Source of the DNA: Podarcis filfolensis
Lineage: Eukaryota
Direction: 5' to 3' (one strand)
DNA length: 64,000 nucleotides
NCBI GenBank assembly: GCA_964270895.1
Contig: OZ185435.1
The position numbers were made by a program, and so were the translations under genes. This document shows positions 11,918 to 24,700 of this stretch, in pieces. Below the pieces are notes generated by a model. The model saw nothing but the letters and a program-made list of their open reading frames with translations, was not told the DNA's origin and ran no database searches. Each line of letters begins with the position of its first letter. Position 1 is the stretch's first letter.

Positions 11918-14900
11918 GTAAGTTCAAAAACCCAGCTCTTTCTGCTGCCTATTGATTGCTAATGAACTGCGATTGTGGGTGATGATGACTGTCGTGATGA
12001 TTACCACCAGTGTTAAAGGAATCTAATTCCCACTTTTGCCCTCCCTGCTTTTGTAAAACTAGTCCCCATGGTACTATGCAATCTTGCAGCGATTGTTTCA
12101 GTAAAATATCCCAGTGACGGTGTCAGAGCCAGCTCTGCCAGCTTTTAAGATTCTGTGCAGAGCAGCATGGCTGTTAACTGAGAGCAGAATGTGGCCTGCC
12201 AGTTCACTGAGGATGGTGCCCATCAAGGGCAAATAAATGGGTGGTATGGAAAGACCCCACTTGACCTTGCCGCTGGGGTGTGGCATTTGCAGGACAAACC
12301 AAATACTCTGCATTATTTCATTTGATAGAAGAGTCTATCTCCTTTTGAAAATAAACATTGCACTCCCTTCTTTCCTCCCATTGTAGCTGTACCAACCACC
12401 AGCTGGAAAGAAAGGTTACAGCACCATGAAAACTACTAGCTGGTCCTCTCGCTCAGCGGTGGACCTCAGACCCAACAAGAGAATGGCCTCCATCAGCAAT
12501 GGCGTTGGGCCAAAGGGCCTGGCTTATAGCCCAAATTACACAATGTCTCAGTCTGCCGGCACTGCCCCCCGCCCCAGGTCTTTTCATGAGCGGAACTACC
12601 GGGGGCATCAGAACTATGACACCATGTCCCTGCGCTCCCTGCGCCTGGCAGATGGGCCAGGCAGTCCTGGGGGTGTGGATGACCACTACAGCATTGTATC
12701 TGAGCAGCTGGATCCACTGGCCCAGGCAGCTCTCTACAAAAACCGGGCAGGTGGCGGCTTCAGTAGATCCTACACCTTTGAAAGGCAGATGAGCGCCGGC
12801 TCCAATGCAGGCATGAAGGGGCCCATCGACTGGATGGATGGTGTGGAGGCACCGCAGAACAGGCCTGTCATCCGCGCGCCAGCCATGCGCACCTTGCAGC
12901 GCTTCCAGAGCAACAACCGCTCCCGCCTTAGCACTGGCACCTATGGCACAGTCCAGGCTTCTCAGGCCGGGAACTCCTATGCAGGAATGATGGAACGCAG
13001 TTCCCGTGCCCCCTCTGTGCGCAGCTTGGCTGACTCCAACCACCATTTGCAAGACCTGCGTGCCATTGACATGTACGACGGTCACAACACACTGATGTCT
13101 CAGCAGTCCTTCTCTGGAGGGTGAGTGTCCTGTGGTTTACTTGCAGGGTGTGGGGCACTCTGTTCCCAGCAGAGGTGATATAAAGAAAGAGGAACACTCA
13201 GGGGCACAGAGCATAGTGTTCTTCCTGCCTTGGTGATACTTTTTTATTGAAGTAGTTGATCATCACTTGTTTAATGCTGCTCAGTGAGTCATGTAAATGT
13301 TGTCCCTCTCTGGAAATATGCCTTTACTCTAGCAGCAAAGTACAACTGATGGTGCTTCAAGGAAGATGATAGGACTTCTTCTCTTCTTTCCCCCATAATT
13401 CCCAAACTTCATGTTAGGGTGCTTTGAATGTAACATCCTGAAGCCAAAGCCAAGGCCAGGGGTCAGCAACCTTTTTCAGTCGTGGGCCAGTCCACCGTCC
13501 CTCAGACCATGTGGGGGCCGGACTATATTTTGGAAAAAAATAATGAACAAATTCCTATGCCCTACAGATAACCCAGAGATGCATTTTAAATAAAAGCACA
13601 CATTCTACTCATGTAAAAACACGCTGATTCCCGGACTGTCCGCGGGCCGAATTGAGAAGGCGATTGGGACGCATCCGGCCCACGGGCCTTAGGCGATGTG
13701 GCAGCCTCTGTCCATCCACTTGTTTATGGCTAGTAGGGTGTTGACTTACAATGAGGGGGGGAAGTATTTGATCCCCTGCTAAGTTTGCCCATTTGCCCTC
13801 TTGACGAAGAAATGACCAGTCCATAATTTTAATGGTAGATTTATTGTAGCTGTGAGAGACAGAATAATAACAGGAAAAAACCCAGAAACCCATTCTGTAA
13901 TTCCCTTAGTGGGGGTGGGGTGGAATACTATGCTTTGCTTTCTGTTTTCAGCATATCCATTGTGGAAGCACAGAACCTGGAATCCATTCTGGTATCTTTC
14001 ATTCTGAGACTCTCCAGTCTCATAATTTTGAAGAACAAAGCATGCTTCTAGCCATTTCAGTTAGGGAAGAAAGGCACAGAACTGCAAGAACCGAATAGTA
14101 AGGGTTCAGAAAACAGAGTAAGCCTGACCAAAGGTTGCAGTTGTTACTCAGTGTGCTTTTCTGCTGTGCTGGACCCTCCTGTCCTTCATGCATGTTTGCA
14201 GTCTTCTCCTTTGCCATCTAATTCTCAATTCCAAACCCCTCTATCCCTCCCCCTTTTTTACAAAATACTTTTGGTTTTGCAAAAAAGAAAAGAAAAGCAA
14301 AACCCTTTGTATACCTCCAATCTGCAAACATGATAAAATAAAGATATTAATATTTGCTTAATATATTTGGATATATATATATTTAAGCACAGCATTCAGG
14401 GGACATTTATTAGAGCTCTATGTGAATGAGGTGAAGATGGGAAAATGCACACTATCCCCTCTAACTAGGCCTTGGTTTTCAGGTTTGATGACATTGATCT
14501 CCCTTCTGCGGTGAAATACCTGATGGCCAGTGACCCCAACCTACAGGTGCTTGGAGCTGCATACATCCAGCACAAATGCTATAGCGACAATGATGCCAAG
14601 AAACAGGTGAGGCAGCAGAGGCATATCGCAAGGCGATACTAGGAACGGGCCATGCCCAGGGCCTGAGCTTGTTTCCCAGGGGGACCAATGTGGCTTGCAG
14701 GTTTAGTCACTGATACGTCTCATTGAAAAGCCTGCAACAGCGCTCATTCTGATGCATTGGGCTCTTTCCTGTGGGAATGAGTAAGTTATCTGGAATGAGA
14801 ACAGAGCAGGCAACCTTAGGTGGCATGGCATACTGAAAAGTTCCACGCAGAGACCTGCTTTCTTGTTTCTCTCTGACAAGTGTACTACTCTTTCTGTCCC

Positions 14901-17580
14901 TGTCTCTCTGCCTCAACAGGCTCGCAGCCTCCAAGCCGTGCCCAAACTAGTGAAGCTCTTCAACAACTCCAACCATGAGGTGCAGCGCCATGCCACTGGA
15001 GCCATGCGCAACCTCATCTATGACAATGCTGAAAACAAGCTGGCCCTGGTGGAAGAAAACGGGATCTATGAGCTGATGCGCACTTTATGCGAGCAAGATG
15101 ATGAGTTGCGCAAGAATGTCACAGGTGAGAGAAGTTTGCATGGGGCAAGTTATGATGAGGCAAGCTCTCCAGTGCTTAGAGCTGCACATTATATTTGCCA
15201 CAGAGCTGCTGCCCCAAATAGTCTCCCCATGAGTAGCCCCCTGCCCTACTGTCACTCCTAGGAGTGCTTGCTGCAGCTTGGATTCTGCCTGCCTGCACTC
15301 CATGGGTTTGGCTACCACTGTTAGGAGAGCAGAAACATGATGGCCCTGATCCTTGTGGTAGTGGTCAGGTATTCCAGCAGGAGGGAGACAACATGTCTTG
15401 GGAAAACTATTTTTGGTGGCATCCCTAAGCATGGACCATAGAACCAGGCTCTTAACTCCTGTGTCCAAAAAGGTCGGCCTTACTAACACATGCAGCTGAC
15501 TTTGAACCAGGGCCAAAAACTGCAAGAACATGGAAATACTGTGAACTTCCCTGAGACCTGCGGGTATAGGGCAGTATATAAATTAAATAAAGAAATAAAT
15601 AAAATAATTTCCCAGCTCTTCTGGAGGTGCCAGGAATTGAACCTGGGACCTTCTGCATGCAAAGTAAGGGCTTGCCTACATTTGAGCAGTATTTTGCTGC
15701 TAATAAATCCACACCCCACCCCACCTTCAAATAAGACTAGATTAGCCCACACCTGCATATATTTGAATTTGTATATGAAGACCAACTTTGGTCTTTTTCC
15801 ATGCACCTTAATTGCATTTGGCCCATGAATCACCTTGCCTGCACCTGCATCATCTTTTGCACTGCACACGATACATTCACATCCAGAGCTTTTTTCTCTA
15901 TGCTGCTCCCCTCCCTTTTGTCCCAGGTCCCCTTCAGAACTAGCCGCTCTCCTACCCCCCACCCCCTGCAACTCAGCTCAAATTTTCCAGGTGTCTCATT
16001 TCTCAATTCACAAAAAGCTTGAAGGCACACTAATCTGTGAACAGAAGAAATCAGCAGGACACTAGCAACTCCCAGTTTATTGAAACACTCTCTGAGCTCA
16101 GATTGGCATCCGTGCCCATTCACAAAGAGAACTGGGATAAGCACCAGCAAATCCTCATAGAGGAAAACATAAAACCTGGCAGAATCCGGAGAGCTTCGTG
16201 GGCTGGGGGAGGGAGTTCCAAATCCTCAGATTACGCACTCTAGTTGCTCTGTATGTCATGGTGTGCAAAGGAAGGTGATAAATATAGGTGGTAGGGAGGG
16301 CCAGGGTGTGGATTGGGACCTGACTCCAGCCTGTCTGCAACTGTCTTTTGCGCTGGGAGAGAGCAAGGGCACTGAATATAGAGGTCCAGCCAACAGGAGA
16401 GATTACATTTGCTTCTGTTACAAAAGGGCCTTCCTAATCCTGCCCAACAGGCTCTGATTGTCTAATCTAATACCAGGCTAATGGGAAAGTTAGGTCTAGG
16501 AGCTATGATGCAATGAGCTTTAACGCTTATTACAAGCATGGTGGAGTCTGTGAAAGTGGCTTTAGCTGAATACAATCAGAGGATGGAAAGAGTAATCCCC
16601 AGATATCACAGCCCAGGGCATACCTCATTCTGTGCATGAGATTAGCCTTTTGCTGCTGGTATATATGGATTGGGGGTGGGGAGGAGACAAGACAACTGCA
16701 TTCTTGCCCGCCTGTAGCTGTGTGTGTGCGCGCACACACGCTGATCTCCCACTTTTTGCAACCCACATGACAAAATTTATAATATGTTTTGTGGGCATGT
16801 TTCCTTACCTCTCCTGTATACAGGGTATCCTACTGAGACATGTCATAGGCAAATCAGTAATCTGAAAACATTTAAAGCAAACATTGCACTGATGCATTTA
16901 TTGATTTGTTGTTCCACTTGTCCCAGTCGGACAGGGTGAATTGCTGTGATGTGCAAGGCTCGCTTTCTAAATCAGACAAACTTGTTCACTTTGCTAGCTT
17001 TTACGTAATAGTTCCCTTCCCTATAATCCAAATCCTTCATCATCACCAGTGCACAATCTCAGTCTGGATAAATCCCATCCAAATCTGCACCATGCCTTTA
17101 GTTTTCTCCTGAAGCAGGTTAAAACTCACTCCTTTTATCATGCCTGCCACTCACTCTTTTATGGGAATTTCCTCCCTCGTCTTCTTTATCTTCTCTCACC
17201 CAATTACTTGCCTAGCCCTTTCATACTAAAATCTGTATAAATACAGATTTCTTCCTCTAGAACTGCAACATCTTTTCCCCTGGTTTATGTCTTAGTGCTC
17301 CCAATCCAATCCCAACATGAGGTGTATACAGTTAGCTTTGTTTCATGTGTGAATGAATATTGGCTCTTGGAAGCACTCTTGTGGGCTGAACTCTCATTCC
17401 TTCTCTGCCTCCACAGTAACGCAAACTCTGTGAGAACCAAGCACTCACTTATCCTGATTTATCTCGTTTCTCCATTAAATAGAGCTTCCCCAGTAAAATT
17501 TTGATTTCTCCCCATTGCCTATTGTGTTACTCTGTTTCTCACAATGACTATGCATTTTTTCTCTTGGGCATATTTTAATA

Positions 17581-17618
<38 letters not shown>

Positions 17619-18670
17619 CTGCTTCCTTGAAAATTGTATCTAGAATATCTGTTGATCCTACTAACATAGTGGAACTGGGGGTCTATGCACACCAGTACTG
17701 ACACTTTTCTTGCCCTGCCCCTTACCTCAGCAGCACCTTAATGTGCTGGGCAGTGGCGTAGCGTGGGTTGTCAGCACCCGGGGCAAGGCAAGTAATTTGC
17801 ACCCCCTAACCCGTGGATTTGCGCCCCCTAACCCTAACCCCCAGATGTTGTGCCCGGTGCGGCCAGCCCCCCCTGCACCCCCCACGCTACGCCACTGGTG
17901 CTGGGAGCCTGGTGGCTGCTCTGATTCCAGCCCTTTACAGTCCTCCTGCCAGTGCTGGCATAGAGTAACCCTACTCACCTGTGAATTCAAGGGGGGAGCT
18001 CGTGGTTGCATTTGCCAATCAGCTTACCCAATCGGAGCAGTGCCTGATGAGCCCATGTCAGAACTAGGTGAAGAGGGAGCCCAGTGGTTGCAGCCCAAGG
18101 AACTAAGTGGTGGTGGGCATTGGGGGGCTGGTTTGTGCTGGGGGGAACTGAGGGCAGATGGCCAAGCACTCCCCGCCAAAAGATGGTGCTGGGCCTGGCT
18201 GAGGATCTGGTCTGTTTGTTGGTGTAGAGCGTCCCAGTAGAGGTAAAGGGAAAAGAGCAAGCTGGTCTGGACAAAGCTGAGCAAGTCAGACATTATCCTG
18301 TCAGTTCTGCAGGAAAGATCTCAGGTTTGAGGAACTGCAGCAGGGAAGAGGTTAGATGAGTTCCTGGAAGAACACGGTTGACACATGGCAGAGCCTGCAG
18401 GGCTGTCTTGCTCCAACAAGTTTGTGTGACTCTACCATTCTTGTCTTTGTAGTAAAGCATCCCAGTAATGTTGACAGTCTTACAGGGCTTGGATCTGTAC
18501 AAGTTTCTACATGGCGTCTGTCTGCATCTTTCTCTTGCTGTCATTTCTTGGAGGAGTTGCTGGGGCTGTTGTTTGGTCTCATCCTGTCACTCAGGCTGAT
18601 TTGGGTGGTTAGCAGATAACAGCTCAACATTCTAATATTTTCATCTATGGAGGCCCCACTGAAATTAGCA

Positions 18671-18750
<80 letters not shown>

Positions 18751-21700
18751 ACACACACACACTGATATTTGTACTGGGATGGAACCTTCAAATGATCCAT
18801 TTGCCACAAGGAATCAACACTTCAAGCACCCGTTCCAAAATATCTAGGTATACCCTTGGAAACCATATGAATAGAAGGAAGTGCTGCCACCACAAGGAGA
18901 TCAGAATATGTCCCCCTGTTTGAATGGTGCATTTTTGTTCATTTTGAAATTTCTGTAGTTATGGATTTGAGGTTTGAAAATGTGCCGGAACAAATAGATC
19001 TACTCTCTAAACAAACAAACAAAAAAAAACACAAAACCACCCAGCATTTTATATATTTAAACAACCACAGCATCAGTACATCATTTTCACAATACTAATG
19101 TAGATAGAAAATGTTCTTAGTTTCATTTGATAGGTAGGAAAGTAATGTCTTCTTACTTATCCCAGGATATCAGTCCAAAGAGTTTCGTGTATGTATATTG
19201 GAATCCTGAGGCCACCTTGCCCATTGAACAAAAGCATACAACTGAGTGGCAAATATAGCTATTCTTTTGAAATTGCTTCTTGCAAAATTTGCAGAGCAGA
19301 TACTTGGATTTTCAATGCTTTGTTATTTTATCCCTTTGGAACTGGTTAATTGCTTTGCAGGGTTTATAAGAAGGTTTTGAACATGGTTGATTGATATTTG
19401 CTTTTTTACATTGATTTTCCAATTCACTTCAACTGTACTTTAAATAGCATAGTGTGGGAGGCTGCTTGCTAGCTACTCTTAATGTTTAAAGGGATAGCTG
19501 TCTGGAGATATCAAGACCAACTTCAAGGAAACACCCTATACAGTACATAGAACCCCAAATCAAATGAAGTATGATGAGTTCCAGTAAAACCATTCAGCAG
19601 ATAGCAAGCCATGTGCTATTCAGAGATTCATAGGAAAGGAACATATAGCAAGCTGCCTTATATCAAGTCAGAACACTGGTCTGTATAGCTCAGTGTTGTC
19701 TTCACTGACTGGCAGCAGCTCCCAAGGGTTTCATATGGGGGAGATTTCCAGCCCTACCTGGAGATGCTGGGGATTGAACCCTGGGACCTTTCTGCATGCA
19801 AAGCAGATGCTCTGCCACTGAGCTACAGTTCTTCCCTTTATGAAAAACTGAAGAAAATAAGGGCCTGGGGCTTGAGGTACCTTGTTTCACAGCCCTGCTC
19901 AGAGAATAGGTGCGCTGGGTGACCTTGAGAAAGTTGCCCTGTGCCAGCCTGGTGACATGGGGAAGCCACCGTGGCAGATTGCCATGTTTCCACATGACAA
20001 GTATTTATGGGAATGCTTTGAAACACCTTTTAGGCCTGGGTTGTCCCAGGAAGTGGCAGGCCAAGTCAAGGGATGTCAGGGCCTTCATAGGACTGATCTC
20101 TGCAACCTGCTGTTTTGCTGGCGCATGTCAGGAAATGTTCCTGTAAACTGGGCCTCAGTTGCCTATCTGCGAAGCTAAAGTATGAGTGGCCTAACTTGCA
20201 GGTTTATTCTGACGATAAGTGTGTAAAGACTGTGAAGCATTTTGCACGTGATGATGATTTAATAGAACATGGGAGCCACCTAGGCATGAAAAAAAAAACA
20301 CTACTTCCTGCTTAGTTCCTCAGGAAGCTGTGAGTTTCCCCATCTTGTGGAGCAGTGGTTTCTGTAGTGAAGTTTCCTTACACATCCCTGTCTCATTGCT
20401 CTGCAGGCATCCTCTGGAATCTGTCTTCCAGCGATAACCTCAAGGACCGCCTGGCCCGTGACACGCTGGAGAAGCTCACAGACCTGGTCTTGATTCCCCT
20501 GTCTGGGACAGGCAATGCTGCTCTTATCCAGCAAAATGCCTCAGAGGCAGAAATCTTCTACAATGCTACTGGCTTCCTCAGGTATTTCTCATTACTAAAT
20601 TAAAGACATATTCCATGGCTATTGGATCCTTATAATACCTTATAGCTTGGGAAAGCTATGCATGATGTGGCAATATTTCAATATCCTCGGTGAAGCAATA
20701 TTAAAGAAACAGAGGCAGCGCTGCTTTTACACTGTGAAAGCTTCCATGGCAGGTCAAAGTGGTCCATAGTGTAAGCTGGCACCAGTGTTGTCATTCGCAC
20801 TCTGTCCTTCTCTTAGTACATTGCTGCTGACTAAGATGGCATGAACAATGAATTGGTGCACCATCCAGGACAGAAGCAAGGGGTTGGGAGGGGACTGTTA
20901 AACAATGCACTTTGGTTAAGCAATGTTTAACTGTTAAACAATGCACACAATGAAACGGCACTTTTGATTTTTAAAGCCAAGAACGTCACACTTATTAGCG
21001 GTGTCTATGAATAGCTTATGGGGCTGTGTTGTGGATTGTAAAATGGGCCAGTTTGACTGACAATGCAGCCCTGCCCATTTCTCTTTGCATGGATCTCATT
21101 TGGCTGCCCCTGACAGTGAGACTCAAAGTGCAGTCCTAACTATGTTTACTCAGAGATAATTTCTATTGAATTCAACAGGCCTTGCTCTCAGGTAAGTAGG
21201 GTTAGGTCTTCAGCCTACTTTTGGGGTTCCATTGTCAAGATCATGTTCTTTCTCTGCCTTATACATATACAGCTGCCAGGTCAAGCAGAATAATTTACCC
21301 GAGAGATGCTGCTTCCCTCTGATATGTACCTGGCAGAATCTCCTGCTTTCTGTATTTAGTATATTAATTAGTTTGACCTTTTTAAGATGTGATGGCAGGT
21401 CTCAGGAGACAGGAATATTATTCCCTGTGATGACATGCTTTTGTGTTTCCCTTCTAGGAATCTTAGCTCTGCCAGCCAGCAAACTCGTCAGAAAATGCGT
21501 GAATGCCATGGGCTGGTAGACTCCATGGTCAATTACATTAATAGCTCACTAGAAGTAGGGAAGTCAGAGGACAAGGTGAGTCCTCCCCTTGTTAGCTGGT
21601 TGTCTTGTAATGTGCTGTGGCTGAACCATTATCTACACAAGGCCAAGAGATCTTTATTCCAAGGCCAAGTTCTCTGTGGTTATTCTTGTACATGTAAACA

Positions 21701-24700
21701 ATTGTGATGTGGAATGATTTCTCCCTAAATCATTGAGGGCCGTCTTCTTAAGCCGAGGTTGTGGTTTCATTCTTCTGTACCAAGCTGGGCGATGCTTTTG
21801 TTCCTTACATCCACCAGATCTGTTCTTGTCAGGTGGTGGCAGAGAAGCAGCAGACTTCTAGATCCCGGCTCATGTTCTAATCAAGAGTAATTCTGTTTTG
21901 GAAATTACTCTGTTTTTAAAGAGAGCATGCAGAAGGCATCTGTTTCTTAAGCCATCTTAATCATAATACAGGAAGGGCAAAACATACATCAATTATCCAT
22001 GGATGCTGCTGGCTTTCAGAGTATTATTCTCTGGTATGACTGCTTCATGCATGTGTGGTGTAGTGGTTAAGAGCGGTAGTCTCGTAATCTGGGGAACCGG
22101 GTTCGCGTCTTCGCTCCTCCACATGCAGCTGCTGGGTGATCTTGGGCCAGTCACATTTCTCTGAAGTCTCTCAGCCCCACTCACCTCACAGAGTGTTTGT
22201 TGTGGGGGAGGAAGGGAAAGGAGAATGTTAGCTGCTTTGAGACTCCTTAAAGGGAGTGAAAGGTGGGATATCAAATCCAAACTCCTCCTCCTCTTCTTCT
22301 TCTTCTTCTTCTTCTTCTTCTTCTTCTTCTTCTTCTTCTCTGAGAGAGCCAAGAGTAGGTTGATAGTCTGCCTCAAGTAGGAGACCTCCCCCTAAATCGG
22401 TGGGGAGAACCTTTGCCCCCTCCCCCCATATATTACTGTATAACAGCTGTCATCATCACTGGCCCACTGGCCATGCTTGCTAGGGCTGATGGGAGTTGTA
22501 GTTCAGCAACTTCTGGAGGACCCAAGGTTCTCCACCCTTGCCATAAGTCAAAACTTCCTTTGTTACTTTTCCTGACATGAGCTCTTCACACAGACTTTGG
22601 GAAGCAGTCCAAAGACACGGCAAGCCACTTCACACATTACACATAGACAAAGCAAGGTCTGCCAACAAGTGTACACTCAGATTGGTGCTACGGCCAATCA
22701 CAAGGCGTGTGTGTGTTAAATGTGTTTTTTACACTTTTCAGTTTAGACATACATATGGAATTTTTGGTGTACACCCAAAAATGGAAAGTGTAAAGCAACC
22801 CTTATTCATGTAGTGTAGTGAACAGAGCATCAGACTAGGGCTCGAATGTCCTTGGTTCAGATCTGCCCTTAGCAATGAAACTCGCAGGATGATCTTCAGC
22901 CAAGCACTGATACTTGGCTAACCTACATCACAGAAGACCATGTATGCTATAATGGGGACCTTGGAGGAAGGGCAACATAAAATACAAGAAAGAATAAAAG
23001 TCGTATTAGCTTGTAAGTGGTCAGATAAGAGTATATTGAATTCTTCCATTAAAATTCAGAGTATCTGCAGCAACAAGTCAGCTAAAATGTGATGTGTGGG
23101 TTTAAAAAGACTTGAATTTGACTGTTTCTATACATCTAAGTAAAATAATCTAAGTTTTCTGTAGACCATGAAATAATGCATTTTTCTGTGCCTGGGCTGC
23201 ACTGGTTCAATACAATCAAATACGCTTGGTTGCTCCTTGGGTCAGAGCTGCCTGGGAATCTCCATTCCTAGCCTTTCTCATTCTTGGCAGAAGTGTAGTG
23301 CAGATGTCTCCAAGCACAGATGTAGCCCATATCCCTTATCCTGACTCCAAAGCCAGTGAGGAGTCTTCTTGTAAGCTGCTTCCAGTAAAAAACTGGAAAG
23401 GCAAAATATAAATTATGTGTGTGTGTGTATGCATAATATTTTACATTTGGGGCTTCTCCAAATTTTTGCCTGAGGCAGCTGACGAGAAGAATCAAACACA
23501 AACAAAAATACATAAAATACTGAAATCTACATAGAACAGCATCTTATAATACAATCCACGGCAACCACTTAAAAACATAATTCCTTAAGGGCTTGCCAAA
23601 AGAAAGAAAAGGAAATACTTTGCATTGGAAAATTTGCTGTAAATGGTTCGTTTAAAAGCACACCCCGCTTTTGTTGTCCCTACAGAGTGTAGAGAATGCC
23701 GTCTGTGTACTGCGCAACCTCTCCTACCGTCTCTATGATGAGATGCCTCCTTCTGCACTCCAGAGACTGGAAGGCCAAAGGAGGGGCGAGGGGCCAACCA
23801 TGACTAGCGAGCTGGTTGGATGCTTCAGCCCACAGGGCAGGAGAGCTCGAGAGGTGAGAGGGCAAATGGTGTTATTATGGGGGGTAGAAAGAAGGGCCTG
23901 GCAGCAAATGTTGCTTAAGGTAAGGAATTGCTGCATTGTGTTTTTAATATTGGGTTGGGAGCTGCTCAGAGTGGCTGAGGAAACCCAGCCAGATGGGTGG
24001 GGTATAAATAATAAATTGTTATTGTTATTATGTTAAGAGATGGTGAAGTGAGCCTATGAAGGTTGTTCATCTGAAGTCTGCATAGCTTAATTTGTGCCCG
24101 GGCTCTGCCCAAACATGTGTTTTTATTGTTGGCGCTCATCCCCCACCCTCAGAATATGAAGTAAGAGTTTGTTAAAGTATCCCTGAAAATGTGACGACAT
24201 TTTCCTTGGTTCTGAGTAACTACAATGAAACCCCCAATTTCAGAGATGAACTTTCAGATCAGTAGTTGTTGCCTTGATCCTCATCATGCCTGTTGCTCGA
24301 TCTAAGCACTAGGATAGAAGTTGCTTTTCAGGGTGTGAGGGTGACATCCCCCAAGGAGATCCAGAGCATTATCAGTGGAGGTGTAAGCTCCTTCCAGTAT
24401 TTTCACATTGAATGCTGGGAATTAATGATACAGTGAAGTGAACACATGCAAAGCAATTATGAAGCGAGTAAGATCCCGAAATAGATTGAAGTGGATTTAA
24501 GGCGTGAGAAGCTGTGTCCATAGAAATGGATGACAGCCATGGTGGAAACAGTGCATGAGCTGAGGTCTGGGCGAGGTATGAAGGGGGTGATATGGTAGAA
24601 AACGGTTCTCTAGACCCCCATAGAATGGTCACTGAACATTCTCTCTCTTTCCCTCCCAAGCTCCACATGAACTCAGACATTGTGACTTTCACAGAGGTCT

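Noticed and set aside
12453-13085. 210-aa minus-strand ORF
   Set aside because: Antisense shadow of the GC-rich PKP3 exon 3.
16037-16243. Protein-like ORF in PKP3 intron 5
   Set aside because: Starts at GTG, has no phase-compatible splice pair, and shows no recognised homology.
19760-19836. tRNA gene
   Set aside because: The tRNA-like head continues into a SINE body and tail; the same holds at 22053 and 54516.
21993-22376. Poly-Lys ORF
   Set aside because: Produced by the (CTT)n SINE tail read on the minus strand.
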